From Podarcis gaigeae (Eukaryota), in assembly GCA_964106915.2 (NCBI GenBank), contig OZ066922.1: DNA of 64,000 bases; one strand, 5' to 3'. How positions within the stretch are numbered: position 1 is the stretch's first letter; every line of letters begins with the position of its first letter. Made by a program: the position numbers and the translations under genes. Of this stretch, positions 24,826 through 39,034 are shown piece by piece. The notes below the pieces were generated by a model, which worked only from the letters and a program-made list of their open reading frames with translations, ran no database searches and was not told where the DNA came from.

Positions 24826-25445
24826 TCTGTCTCTCTGTGTGTACTGGTTATATAAGGATATACCAATTATTTTCTTCTGGCTTTATTTAGGCTTTGAAAA
24901 TTGGCTACATGCTCTTATTATTGCCAAAGTAAAATAAACCGAGAGTTTCTTTCACTACATCTTGCAGTCTTTATCAGCCCAATAAATGTACACGAGGAAA
25001 CCAATGAGTAACTATTGGTCGTCTTTCACTGCAAGAATGAAACAAAAACAGACATTTTTCTAGTTTATGAGAACACGTAAAGCGATAGTTTCCTGAAAAT
25101 GTCTCTAGTTGTAACTGAAAGATCAAAAAGTTCTGTTTGGGATATTTTACTAGTTAAATGCAAGCCACAAATTGCATTCATGGAACTGGGATCCACTTCA
25201 CACTTATCATTTGCTGAAGATACAGTGACTGAGGGGGGGAAACGTACACCGCACTGCTGGCATAGCAACGTTATGTCATTCATAACCAACAAAGTCAAGG
25301 AAAAGTCTCGCAGATGGATTGCTGTCCATTCCTTGTTCCTTTGAAAATCTCTTTCATACTTTTTGACATGTCAGCTATTTAATGCTTTGCAATGCTGACA
25401 CTGGATATTTTATGCAGAAAAGAAAATGAAACACCTGCTGGATAT

Positions 25446-25755
25446 TAGGGATGGTCAGATTTGTCAATTTTTGTTTCTCTTGGGTTTGTCATTTTGCCAA
25501 TCTTAAGGTCAGTTCCCCACATTTCTGCAACAGCTTGTGATTTTTATTTTATTTTAAAAAGTCCACAAATTGTTGTGTAAATTTATTTTAATGTACACAT
25601 ATTTGCATGCTATCATGCCTATTATAATGTCTTTTATGATATCTTCCCTATGCATTTTACACACATATATTTTCTTAATATACACCTGTTTGTGTACATT
25701 GTTTGGAAAAATAGACCATAAAATTCAGAGAAGTGCAAATTTCAAAAGATAGCTC
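25446..25755 (+). mobile_element. Old AGGGATG-ended dispersed repeat
   Basis: Starts TAGGGATGG and shares 'aaaattcagagaagtgcaaattt' with other copies. Confidence 0.5.
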
Positions 25756-25779
25756 CTTTTACATATTGAAAGTGGAACA

Positions 25780-25978
25780 TAATAGGAATACGTTATGCTC
25801 TTCAGCTTTATGTTATTGACCCGTGTAGCTCAGCTTTGTCTGTGTTGACTGGAAGCAGCTATCAGAGGTTTTTCAGGCAAGAGCTTATTTCCTAGTCCAA
25901 TCCTCTCTGAAGATGCCAAGGATTAAATGTTAGACCTTCTGCAAGCTATGTGCTCTACCACTGATCTATGGACCTTCC
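25780..25978 (-). mobile_element. Squam2-like SINE, degraded
   Basis: 'gatgccaaggattaaa..gaccttctgca...gctctaccactgatctatgg' is the reverse of a tRNA-like head. Confidence 0.5.
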
Positions 25979-28653
25979 ATTATTATTTTTTTAACCATTG
26001 AAATATTATTCCATTTTGTGGATATACCTTTTTTCTCCTTCAGTGGCGTCAGCAACATTGTCAATACATTATTGCATGCATGTTAATTTGGTTTAATAAT
26101 TTTGTGTGGGTTTCCTTTTTAAAAAAATATATTCCATCTCAGCTCAAACGTCCTTTCATTGCCTACATTTTCTTTTTAGCAGCTCATCTGACACTGAATG
26201 TCTGACCCCTGCTACCATAATAGCTGCTAATGGAAATTTCACCTCATGCAAAGATAAGATGGATTTTTGGCAGCTGTGGGAGATTATGAAGAGTAAGAAC
26301 AATCTTAGCTGGAATCACAAGAAAAAGAAGACATCTGTAGCTTGAGAGCTACTCATCTGGTTTTTATTATGCACCAAGCCTATATTTATTACAAGGAAGC
26401 TAGCCAAGAAACTGAAACCGATAGGCCTCTGCTCTTGGAGTGAGGAGACCAATATCAGACTGATAAATTCTGCCTTTTAGAGTCATGTGCGTACAAGCAC
26501 ATTATCTTGTAGATGCATGTCATGATGAGATCCATTTGATATAACTTCTTTAAAGATGGCATTTTCCCAGTTTGCTACTCTTCAAAGCCAGCCCAAGACA
26601 TCTTGCTGACTGAGGTGGAAGACAAAATGGCACCCTCCTTTTCCATGTACAGAAGCTATCTGGACTAACAGTTGAAGCTTCCTCTAGTACTGATAACTGG
26701 ATAGTGTCATCCACAGTATCAGGCTAGGTATGGGGGTGCAGAACCAGCCATAGGGCACACACAGTTCTGTCATTCAGCAAAAGGGTACAGCCAAGGGGTT
26801 CAGGAGGAACAGCCTCACACTGCCTAATTGTAGGACTGGCTGAGCTGGTCCTTGTTCTCATGGTACTGGATCTAAGTCAATGTTTTGTTGTTTTCAAATT
26901 AGCTTGTGTGCACATACAGTTATTCAGCCTTCCCTTTCATTGTGTTTTCATGTTCAGTTTTGGCCTTGTATATTCTCACTTCTGCCCCAGCTCACAGTCA
27001 TGCTTTATTGTGCATCCATCAACCTTGCTGTCTCACTATCCCTTGTTTCTTTGCTTTACATCTTATTTTGGTGGCCTGCTCCTATTTCCACCCAAACTTG
27101 ATGGGCACCTATGACTCACATGGCCACATTTGTGATACAATGATTAAATTGTAGCGATTGTTGAATACCTACAAGGGAAGGATGCATAGGTTGCACAAAT
27201 CTTAATTCATATATCCAAGACTGCCTTTTTGATTTAGCTTCCCAGTGTGAAGATAAATGCATGAGTGGTTGCAAATGGAAAAAGCAGAGATTTGGGACTA
27301 GAGTTGACTGTTGAAGTTCCTTAGATACATGTTTACCAGGAAGGATGATCATATTGCTCTCTTCAGATATTTATCTCTCCCCCCCCCCTTGCCATTTCTA
27401 AAAAAGCACTTGAGATACCAATGCTTTCATGCACTTTTAGGAATCTATAGTTAAGTGTATAATTCCTTCCCAGACTGCTCACAGTGTATTTGTTCTGTAA
27501 AATGTGTTAGCTTGTTGGATGTTAGCTACAAAAGCTCACCACCACCACCTCTATCATACCCCCTCATCCTAATTTGAGACAAAAAAGCACCAACTTCAGT
27601 GTTCCTCTTCAAATATAATTTCCTCATTTTGTGGCTTAGCTGAAAGTCTTCATAAATAAATGCCTGTCCATCAGTATGGTGAGTTTGGTCTATGAGGATG
27701 TTCAGACAGCTGGCTCATCAAAGCACTCAGGCAAGAGAATAAAGGAGAAATTCCTCCTCATCTAAGTTCAATTATTCCAGAGAAGGTGGACTAAAAATGA
27801 CACTTGGCCATGGTAGTCTGATTTGCAGGAAATCTCTTACAGACATCAAAGTTCTGTGCCTCAAACAGGACTTGGTTTTGCTCTTCTTACATCCTGATGA
27901 ATAGTGCCTGGAATTTAAAGGGAGTACTTTTGTTCTGCTTTCTTTGAAAGTAGTCAGAGTATTTTTAGAAGACCAGATAAAAGCTTTACTTGAGAATTTA
28001 CCGAATTAGGGGTTGCTGGACCAGATGCAAATCAAACAACAACAACAACTTGTAGGCAAAAGCATTAAAACAACAGTTCCTTGCTAAAATGGCTAAATAT
28101 ATTCCTCCCTAACATTAAAGACTGCTATGTTTGTGCGCAGCTAAGGTTTCCCATAAACCAGTAAACACACAGACTAAACAGTTATATGCATTCCTCCAAT
28201 GACTGTGGCCTTATCTTCTTCAGAGGAATTAACTAGATTGATTTAAATATAACCAATATATGTTAAACTGGGCTTTATAAAAACTTGATTTGCCATTAAT
28301 AAATGAATGACTGATCTTTGTGTGGTCAAGACTCCACAATCAGCTCACATTTCACAACAGAGACGTTCTGCATGCAGAACACCTGCTACACACATGGTCA
28401 GTCAATTGGATGCTGCAGCAGGTATGAAAAGAGACGATCCAGAGATCAACTCTCTGCAATCATCAACTGAGACTGCTGTACCAGTCAGGAAGCCAAGGGA
28501 AATCAGTATAGAATGGGATGCATATCTCTGTTTTTGCCTGCTATTTGAATGGTTGATTGCCTTTGAATTCCAAGCACCTATCTGTCTACTAAATATTACT
28601 ATACATTGTACTAGTAGGGCAAAATACATTTTTGTTGTTTACATTGTTGTTGT

Positions 28654-29062
28654 TTAGTCGTTTAGTCGTGTCCGACTCTTCGTGACCCCATGGACCAGAG
28701 CACGCCAGGCACTTCTGTCTTCCACTGCCTCTCACAGTTTGGTCAAACTCATGCTGGTAACTTCGAGAACACTGTCCAACCATCTCGTCCTCTGTCGTCC
28801 CCTTCTCCTTGTGCCCTCCATCTTTCCCAACACCAGGGTCTTTTCCAGGGAGTCTTCTCTTCTAATGAGGTGGCCAGAGTATTGGAGCCTCAGCTCCAGG
28901 ATCTGTCCTTCCAGTCAGCACTCAGGGCTGATTTCCTTAAGAATGGATAGGTTTGATCTTCTTGCAGTCCATGGGACTCTCAAGAGTCTCCTCCAGCACC
29001 ATAATTCAAAAGCATCAATTCCTCGGCAATCAGCCTTCTTTATGGTCCAGCTCTCACTTCTA
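28654..29062 (-). mobile_element. Bov-B LINE, 5'-truncated 3' end, with probable TSD
   Basis: Encodes SESWTIKKAD..IDAFELWCWRRLLRVPW. Flanked by TACATTGTTGTTGT (28640-28653) and TACATTGCTGTTGT (29063-29076), a 13/14 match. Confidence 0.95.
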
Positions 29063-29848
29063 TACATTGCTGTTGTAATCCAAAAGGGGGAACACACCTA
29101 GGTTCTGGTGGCAATTGAAGGAACTATGTATTTGGTGCCATTTAGACTCATGTGTGTGTGTGCGCGCGTCACTAAATCCACTCCAAACCAAAATAGACAA
29201 AAATCCCTCTGGGTAGTGCTAGGTCCTGAATCACCATACAACCATCTCTTGCCACCCTAATTCTTCCAACTTACCTAAATGAGTTTTCAGGGCAGCAGGA
29301 ATGGGAAAGCAAGGTTGATTTACACTAAATATTAACTCTGACTTTTAAACCTGCTTCTGACACTGCAACTCTCATCTGCAACCTTCTGGTGAAGGGTGAA
29401 TAATAATTACACAAACACAAGTTCTCTTCCTTAATTAAAATTATCTTATTACCAATTAACCAAGCTGCATATTGAAAGAAACATAAGAAGCAATATGTGA
29501 GGCAGGGCCAAATGGAGCTAAAATCAACATTTCCCCCCCAATTTGTTTATTCATTTCCAGACGTTCTTCATTTACTATCTTTGGAAACCAGAACACAATC
29601 TTAATGTTTTTTTCCCTCCCATCATTTTCTCAGTTGTTGGCAATGGTGTGTTGCCCCTTCCAAAGCCTGATAATTGACACTGTCTCTTGAATAATTTCAG
29701 AGCTTCCTTCACCATTAGCAGAATTACCTCTAGGCAACACACATTCCATACTTGTAAATCAATACTGTTCTTTCCTTTATTTGTTCTGCTGTGGGAGCAT
29801 CTAAATCATAATTAAAGCTGGACATATTCAGTTTTATGACATGTACTT

Positions 29849-30028
29849 CATAGCCTCCAACATTTCTCCAGTGAAAAGGGAGACATCTTACCATACCCTC
29901 CAACATTTTTCCAATGAAAATAAGGACATCCTAAGGAAAAATGGGACATTCTGGGATCAAATCAGAAACCAGGACAGCTTCTCTAAATCAGGGACATCTC
30001 TGGAAAATTGGAACACTTGGAAGGTCTG
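29849..30028. mobile_element. Non-autonomous DNA transposon (hAT-like) with GGGACA subterminal repeats
   Basis: Ends CATAGCCTCCAA / TTGGAAGGTCTG, a duplicated ~44-bp left end and repeated (g)ggaca motifs. A related end lies at ~41070-41145. The TSD is not clean. Confidence 0.6.
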
Positions 30029-30894
30029 GTACCGGTGCGGTAGAAATAGTGGGCCTATACACATATACCCCACATTTCCTCACAGTTATTTTTTATAAAA
30101 AGACAATTATGCTGCGAACTCCAAGCACAGAGTTAGATTGTAATGTATTTTTCTTTATTAACTAAATTTGCTACATGCCCAGTTACTCTCTGGGCATCAT
30201 ACAAACAGGAGAGGAAAGAAAATGAGAGTGAGGAAACAAAAACCCACATCAGCAAGTATGAAAGCAGGTTCAAAAGATTACAGAAAGAAGCTAAAAACCA
30301 AGTCAAATAGTAAAGACAACCTTAAATAGCCACAGAAGAAAAAACACATTAAAAACTATAGAAACAGTTAATTTAAAACAGGAAATTTTAAAGCAGTGGG
30401 TTTAAAAGCTTGGGAGGAGAAAAAAGGGAATTGTTAGTGTTGAAGCACTCCCTCAGGCAGCACATTCCAAAAACAAGGGGCCATCACCAAGAAGACTGTT
30501 TCTGTGGTATTTCTACTATACCTCAAGCTTGTAGGGGCACTAAGAGAAGGTCTTCTATGGTTGAACTCAGGGCATTATTATGTATTATTATTATTTAATT
30601 AAAATAATTCTTGGATTCCGACAACATATGGGGGGCATCACATTGGTGACTAACCTCTTTGCCTATACCTCCCAACAAACACTACTAAAGAGACAGGATC
30701 ACTGTAAAGAGTCTAGCTTGTCTGTTTATACAAAAAGTATTTCAGTCCCGCTTGGTGGAAAATGGCTCAAAAGGGACAGGTCTCAAAATAGTCTGATAGC
30801 AGGAATTATTATGTGGCTATTTCAAATGTTCCAGCACTTGGGCATCAGCTGTTCCTCTTCATTATCACTGATAATTTGATACTAGGATTGAGGC

Positions 30895-30938
<44 letters not shown>

Positions 30939-30958
30939 TGATGATGATGATGATGATG
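30895..30958. repeat. (AAT)n(GAT)n compound microsatellite
   Basis: Directly visible. Confidence 0.95.
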
Positions 30959-32221
30959 TAGTTAACACCATCTTCTCCTATAAGTTTAGAAGCGATTGTC
31001 AGAACAAAAGCAAAGGCGAATGTAGTACGCTTTTGCTGCTGTTTATGTGCATTTGATCGTTTGTGTGTCTCTTTGTATGGGTTTCTATCCATCATTTATC
31101 TGTCATCTGCTGGTCTGCCTATCCATCTGTCTAGATCTATTGTGGTAAAGGCCACGGGCATTAGGTCTAAAGACACTTCATTGAGCAGAAGCTGTTGGAT
31201 TATACATGAGACATTCTACCAAACAAAATGGAAGATGTTTAAAACCAGACTTTCCATTTAGCAAAAGCTGTGTAATTCTAGCCGTGATAAAAAAGCAGCA
31301 TTAAGTAGCTTTGGAAAAGATTGTAAACAGCTTTCAAAAGAGGAGTTTCCATTTGGCAAAGGGAGCTCTATTAATAAAAGAGTTTCCACTATATTATATA
31401 AATACAGCTTCTGACTCCTCTGTTCCATTCTACTACAAGTGACTGCTTACCGTATAAATTGTTAATGACATGGGGCACAATCCATCAGTGTAAGCCTCAT
31501 TGTAATGAATAGAAGCTGTGCAAGAGCATTTATCATATCCCCATCTTAGTCATTTTATTTATTTCTAAATTAAAATAACCCAGCTCTCCTTTTTTTAAAA
31601 CTTCATATAGATGAGGTTATATTTTCCTGATCGTTTTACAGACCACTATGCCAGCATATAATAGTCTTGATCCTATATACTTCTTGCCTCAGGCTGAATC
31701 AAGTACAGTGGAAGCAAGTCAGCATGCCAACACCAACAGCCATCCCACAGCGTTCCTGACAACTGTGCGACTAACAACTGATTAGAATGACAGTCACCAA
31801 TGTGTATCTGAGTCTGATACAGTAGCCTCTTGATTCAGCAGTCAGCGTCAGCTATTTGATGACCATTCTCCTTATTTGTATGCAGGAAGAAAAGTTGCTT
31901 TCAACAAATACTGTCCCACACTTTCTATCGCATGTCCTCATCATTTTCCTTACAACGAAACATCCAGTTTGGGGTCAGGGAATGGTTTTGTTGCCCAAGA
32001 ACTATCAGCTTCAATTGTGCAACTTGAATTTGTTGGAATATGACAGAATCCCACCTAAAATAGTGAATCTGAAAGCATCATCTGTATGTTTTCTAAAATC
32101 TTATTTATTGATTTTCCCCCAAAAGCATCCTCTGTATGCTTGTGTGGTGTGTGTGTGTTTGATAAGAGTTAATATGCATGTGTATATTTGTGATTGTGTG
32201 TATGATGATGATGAGAAGAAG

Positions 32222-32320
32222 AAGATTTTTTATTTATACCCTTCCCATCTGGCTGGGTTGCCCAAGCCACTCTGGGTGGCTTCCAACACATTAAAACATA
32301 ATAAAACACCAAACATTAAT
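32222..32320 (-). mobile_element. L2-like LINE 3' terminal fragment
   Basis: 'tttatttataccc..ccatctggctgggtt.ccc.agccactctgggtggcttccaaca' resembles a common lizard LINE tail. Confidence 0.55.
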
Positions 32321-32605
32321 AGTAACAACCTGATCCAATACTGTATAAAAGTCACAATAACTTAAAAATAAACAACTTATATCATATAAAGCAACAGTCA
32401 ACTATACATCGGAATCTAATAGTAAACAGTAAAATGAAACATCAGTAAATAATTAAACAGTTCACACTTATCAACCACAATAAAGAATTACCAATCTATA
32501 ATCAATAAAAATAGCAGCAAATCACAATGCACAAAATACCACAACACAAACAAAACCATGTAAAAGGGTCAAATTGAGAAACAAAAACACACAACTTATA
32601 AAACT

Positions 32606-32625
32606 TATATATGTGTGTATATATG

Positions 32626-32674
<49 letters not shown>
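32606..32674. repeat. (TA)n/(TG) microsatellite
   Basis: Directly visible. Confidence 0.95.
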
Positions 32675-32677
<3 letters not shown>

Positions 32678-34453
32678 CTTCTCTTCCCAGCTACTGCTGC
32701 TGTTCTCAAAGTCATCGACTGGGAAAAGCTGGGTGGGCCGAGACAGGTGGAAACACCATTGCCTGATTATGTGAAGTGTGTGTACGTCTATAAGGTGTGT
32801 GAGATTTTCTATGTGGTGAGTGTGAGATTCTATAAATTTCTGGCCTTGAGGATATTTGCGTCTGGCCTTGTCCACTATAGTAATGTGTCCCCCAACCACT
32901 TTCTCCTGATGTAATGTGGCCTTCAGCCCTCCAAAATGTTTCCCACTCCCAACCTAGTTGATTGGTGAGCAAAGTATGATTCCCTTCAGTTCTGCACTCC
33001 ACAGGCACCTGGCAATTGGAGTCAAGTTTTCTTGCTGGCTAGGATAGGGAAAGCATGCTCCCTTCAACTGCTCCTTATCTGGCTGATGGATGGGACCAGA
33101 TTTGTCTGCTCCTTGCCATGATTTTCTTCCTTAGATACAAGGAATGTAGCCTCCCAGTAGGTTCTATAGCTGATGGTAGAAACCAGAGAGTGAATCATTA
33201 TCTGGGTGGGTAGGTGTAAATGGACTAGGTGCATTCCTGTCTAAAATGCACTTCCAATAATCATTGGGTCTGAGAGAGTACCTATCTACTATTGCTGTGG
33301 CAGGCCACACTTGTAGTATTCCTAAATTAAAAGAGCAAAGCATTTCTGATGGATTGATCTTAGCAACTAAGATAAAAGTGGATTTTTAAAATACAGATAT
33401 ATACATTCAGTATAATAATTTTGCTCCATGTTATGATAGGGGCCTGATTTAGTGAATGTCCACTATATCTCATATATGCCACATAACGTTTTTAATTAAT
33501 GGTAATAATGATTGCATGCACCAGGACAGATATTGCATCAAAATATTGTAACTATTATTTGCTTTGTAATTATCATTTGTTTGCAATTTATTTTATCTTT
33601 AAAAAAAGTTTGGTCACATTATACAGAAAAAAATTAAGAGATAGTTTTAAAAATTGGTTCATGCGGTTTCATCTGGTATAATTTTAAACCCATAATGTAA
33701 TGCTAAACAATATGCATCTCCAAACCTTTTCCAAGGACATTAACTCAATTTTTAACCAGATGTTTGCTATTAATAATGGATTTAGGTAAATTTATGGAAT
33801 AGTAAGCTTTCTTTGAGAACTCAAGGTAGGTGGAGGGAAAAAATCATTGTTTGAAGAATTGGCCTTCATTCCAGCATAAAACCCTATAGCAATGAGTGAT
33901 CACATGGACTTGGGGCAGGGGACTTATCTCACTGAAGAGTGCATTTGGCTTGCTCTTTAAAAAAAAAAGTAGAACTGAAATTAAAGTAAAATTTAGATGA
34001 TCATTGCAGAAATTATCCCAAATAGAAAAGAATAGGAGATAAAAAGCTGATAGAGGATTAGGGTAATAAACATCAGAGAGCAAAAGGACAGATTTAAAAG
34101 GATAGAGTCAGCTGACCCAATATCATAAATGTTCCATTTAAACAATGAGAAAAAGCCCATGGATTTCTGTTCACTAATCCTTTTTTCCCCTTGCCAAACA
34201 TTTTGGCACAATTTTCTAGAAGAAAAGACAACTAAGTTTCCCCCACCCCATGAGTGGCTCTCACATGCTGAGGCTGTGGTGACTAGTGTTTATTGGGACT
34301 GGTAGGGCAGAAGCAGGGAGGCCAACAGTAGCTGGAGCAGAGTCAAAGGCAGGCAGACCCAAGTAATTCAATTTTTATCCACATCATGGATGTGGGTCCA
34401 CATCCACATCATGGGCTTGGTTCGCCACTCACTGCACCTCCACTGGAAAGAGC

Positions 34454-34643
34454 CAGGTGTACCAACTTGAATAAAATATTGCAGGGGCCCAGGTAAGCCC
34501 CACCCCACATAATCAATCACATGATGCAGTGCACACAGACCATTTGAATGGGAATGCCCATTAACTTTGTGGAGGCCTAGCCCTCTCAAATATTTTATTG
34601 CTGGGGCCGAAGCCCCCACGGTCCTTAGGCACTGGCTCCTATG
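34454..34643. mobile_element. Non-autonomous hAT-type element
   Basis: Exact 8-bp TSD GAAAGAGC at 34446-34453 and 34644-34651. CA...TG termini with degenerate TIRs. Confidence 0.65.
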
Positions 34644-34699
34644 GAAAGAGCCCATGGAAAGGGGCTTCAGATGATGAACACAGTGTCCAGCAGTGGCAG

Positions 34700-35067
34700 G
34701 TAAAGTAAAAGGACCGCTGGATGGTTAAGTCCAGCCAAAGGCAACTATGGGCTCATCTTGCTTTTCAGGCTGGGGGAGCCAGCGTTTGTCCACAGAGAGC
34801 CTTCTGGGTCATGTGGCCAGTATGACTAAACCACTTCTGGTGCAACAGAACACTGTAATGGAAGCCAGAGCACACAAAAATTCCGTTTAACTTCCTGCCA
34901 CAGCAGTACCTATTTATTTACTTGCACTGGTGTGCTTTCGAATATCTAGGTTGGCAGAAGCTGGGACAGAATGATTGGGGCTCACCCCATTGAACTGCCA
35001 ACTTTCTGATCAGCAAGCCCAAGAGGCCCAGTGGTTTAGACGACAGCACCACTAGCATCCACCACGT
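34700..35067 (-). mobile_element. Sauria SINE, older copy
   Basis: CpG-decayed Sauria body. 12-bp TSD CAGCAGTGGCAG at 34688-34699 and 35068-35079. Confidence 0.88.
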
Positions 35068-36089
35068 CAGCAGTGGCAGACCTTGGGGTCTCAAATTTCA
35101 GTAGTGCCCTATGCGACACAAAAATTCAATGTGCCCACCTCTTGCCTTCCATTCTACATCACAGTTGTATATCATCTTTGAGGCTCTGTACCCAGTGCAA
35201 CCGAACCAGTTGTGCTCCCCTAAATCTGCCTCTATGCCCAGATTTATTCATTTGGCAAAGGTGGTCTTTGAGATATTGAACCACATAAGGGTTGGCTTTT
35301 ACTACCAAAGGTTACATACAGTCTTGTTTTATTCTTACAAACTTGTACATAGAGCACATGTGTACACCCAAAGACTTGTTCTATTGTGCATAGTCTTTTT
35401 TCCCATCTGCAAATGCATATTCAATGCTTTTTTTATTAGAACTATGATTTATTGTAACATTCACAGGAAAACCACAGGAAAATTACCTAGAAGACCTCAC
35501 ATGAATTGCTTGCTTCTTGACTATATCATAGTTTTCCATTTCAGTCAAGATGATCTAAAAATACAAAGGTTTTGCCAAAGTGAAAAATGCATTTGGTGGA
35601 GGCAATAGATATTTTATTGAGAATATGCAGAATTTGTCATTTAAAATCTGATAGGGGCTTTAGCTCACAAATATCATAAAGCTTTATCTACAGGTACAAT
35701 ATTTTTTGCTTTTATAATGTATTAAATTGGTGCTAGCCACAGGTTAATTTTGAATAAACGTGAGAATCTTGTTATGCTGTTATAACACTTAATGAAATAC
35801 CAGCCATAGGCTAAATCAATAGAAGCCCCACCCTTAGTCATATGTCTGAAAAATATGTAACAAAATACTATTATATGCTTGCATTTCATGTTGGGTTATG
35901 AAAAGATGACCCATTTTGGAAGGTTGCCACCAGCAACAATATGGGTTTCTTTCTCTTTTATTTGTGCCTAAAATATTGTGGATACTGAGATGATTTAATA
36001 AGATATATTTTTCTTTTAAGGCAAAGGTATTAGTAATGTTGGTAATCTCAAAAAGCGGCACCACTCCGCAACATGGTAACTTTCAATTA

Positions 36090-36349
36090 CAGTGGTATCT
36101 CAGGATGCGAACAAGATCCGTTCCAGAGCCCCTTTCGCATCCTGAATGGAACATAAGACACGACGGCGCATCTGCATATGTGTGGGTCGTGTTTTGCCGC
36201 TTCCGCACATGCGCGTGACGTAATTTTGAGCGTCTGCGCATGCACGAGCGACGAAACCCAGAAGTAACGTGCTCCATTACTTCTGGGTTGCCACAGAGCG
36301 CAACCCGAAAGCACTTAACCTGAAGCACATTCAACTCAAGATATGACTG
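36090..36349. mobile_element. Tc1/mariner-pogo MITE
   Basis: TA|CAGTGGTATCTC...GATATGACTG|TA. Internal hairpin AACCCAGAAGTAA...TTACTTCTGGGTT. Related to 46214-46458. Confidence 0.8.
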
Positions 36350-36485
36350 TAGTGCTATTTTTCTAGAAAAAGAGGTGCTGGAACTCACCATGAACACCTC
36401 CCTTCTTCTCATAGAATGGCAATGGTGTCCACGCGAGAGGGGCCAGAACTGAGTTACAGTGAGTTCCGGCTGAACAAAAGCCCTG
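36350..36485. mobile_element. Short hAT-like MITE abutting the previous element
   Basis: Ends (T)AGTGCTATTTTT / AAAAGCCCTG and internal inverted 'ggaactcac...gtgagttcc'. Confidence 0.55.
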
Positions 36486-39034
36486 CTTTTAACAACTCAA
36501 ACTTCTGCATATCTCTTGTCAGTCTGTCTGTGGACTCCTCCCCCTTCACCATCATTTCTGATCATATAGCAGAAGCCAGCTGTGACCTTGGCTGACCATT
36601 GAGTCAAGACACCGCAGTCTCCACTGTGCCTCATTCCCAAAAGGAAACACGAACCCTGGAAAAGTGCCTGGAACCGCTGGAATCTCGCACTACTTGGAGG
36701 TAGGCGTGGTGTGCAACTACGTTTGCCTTTGCACTATTCACCTATTCATACATTTTGGGTCAAGTTGATTTTTAAAGCATGTATACATTTTTTTTAAAAA
36801 AAATTCCAACCAAACCTTCATTTGAAAACTTTTGGACATCCACCCTGAATGATGATGATGTGAAAAACTGCATATGTTTTTTTAATTAAAGCAAGATAGA
36901 ATAGCTGTAGCTGTGGTTCTGGCCATGCTACCAGACTTAATAAGCCTCAGTTGATCTAAGAGACCATCTTAACAATCTTTAATAGATGCAACTGGCCTGT
37001 CCCTGTTTTTCATCCAAAGTCAGCAGCCCTTATCTAGCATGAAAGGATTGCATGAGAAGGAGAGGCCCACCCAACGAGGAAGCATTGCCACTTTCTCTAC
37101 TTCTTGTCAACCTTTTCCCTATCCAAATCCTACCTTTCCAAGTCATTTTAGTTTGAGACTGAACAGAACAACAGCTAAAATATTTATGGCTAGGTAAGTC
37201 TCTTACTATGTGAATTCAGTCAGTGTCAGACCATTGGGAATATAAACCAAAGTCTAGATGAGTCTTTGGGTGAGTAGAATGGGATTATTAAGAGCAAACA
37301 GAGGAGCCAAAAACAACACTCTGTTTTACATTTATGTCCTAGTTTAGCCAGATTTCAGTCTTCAGACAGTGTTAAATTAATCTTCAGTAGCCATGCACAT
37401 TTTGTCTATCTCTTAAGTTTCAGCTTTTGGTACCAGTGTCCTGAATGTCCTAAATTTAAATATTGCTATCTCTCTGTCCCCCTCATCCCGCCCTGCATAC
37501 AATTTTCATCGAGGCACTTTCTATTCAGAGTCTTGGTATAATTTAACAATTTAATAATATTTATTCATAATTAGGAGTTATGGGTTTGCATATGGCACCT
37601 AATTATTTTGGATGCTTATATTCCAAGCAGACAGTGAATAGCACCATAAAGCTTTCTCATCCTAACTGTCTGAATGGACAACAAAATAGGCCACAGAATT
37701 CAATAAAAAAATAAGGAGAAAATAAGACACGTTTGTTTCTGGGTATGACTGTTGTGGGGTCTGAACTGGCATTTTTTAAAATTTTGGGGTCATAGTAAAA
37801 TAACTGCACAAGGACACACCTTCTGTTCTAGCAACTCACTGTTCCAACTGTTGCTTGTTTTGCTCCATTATGGTACTACTTCTGATGGATGCCAGCAATT
37901 ATCACAAGATCCAAACAAATATAGGGAAACAATTTTCTATAAATATCCTCAAGTCTGATTTATAATTTAACCTCATCTTATTTCCTCCATAGTAATGGGG
38001 TTGCAGTCTGAGCCAGAAGCCTTTCGGCCCTGGTAAGGTAACCTCTTCCAGCAGGGCTTGGGCACTGGAGTTGGAGCGTTTTCTCTCTATCTGCACATGT
38101 GTTAGAGATTTACAAAATTAAGCATAGTAAGAGTTTGAATGACCAAATTGCTATCCTATGCACAATGGAGTAAGTCAAACTAAACTTAATGGGACCATAC
38201 TAGAGAGGGGTGGGGAGAAAAAATAGAGATTTAAATAAAAGTATGAATTATATTTTCAGAGTGAATAAAGAAAATTTCAAAATATCAACAATATTTGATA
38301 TTGTATCCTGTGAAATTAATTAATAAAGCTTAAATGGAAATACTTTTTTCAACATACGGATTTTCTCTTTACATTTTTCTTCCTATTTGAAGCTTGTCCT
38401 ATCTGAAGCCTTTTCTCAGACTTCCCTATTATTTTGCCATTTGCAAATTTTAGGAGTGTGTTTCCTTTTTCTGGCCTTGAGGAAAGAGTTCTGTATGTAA
38501 TATATAAATATATATTGGAACCCACTGAAATTTACTGGATATTATATCAAGCCACTCATTATTCTTTAGTTATGAATTTTCAACCAGGTGTAGAGCCACA
38601 CATCTATTTGATTCACATTTTTTTAATGAATATGTTTTTCGTACTTTGTGTGGCTTCACAGATGCTGATGAGCTGCTAATTTGTGCTTTGTTTTCTGTAT
38701 GAATTTCACATGTTGTCACAAAATATTGTTCAAGCAAAGTGAATGTTCCCTCACCCCCACCTCCCATCTTTCTTTTAATAACTCTGCATGGACCCTGCTC
38801 AGTCTAACACAATGTGGCTTTGTTCTGAAAAAGACACACACCCCACCAATTACCACAAGTACTATGAATATACCATAAATACACCTTTAGTTTGCAGAAA
38901 ACTTTTAAAGGCTGGGAAAGAAAGGAACAAAAGAGAAAGAAAAACAACAATGAGGAAAATCAGTAACGATTAGCTGATGATTCCACTTCTGATTTTTATT
39001 TCAATTATATCATCTGCTAAGCATGGATTTGTCC

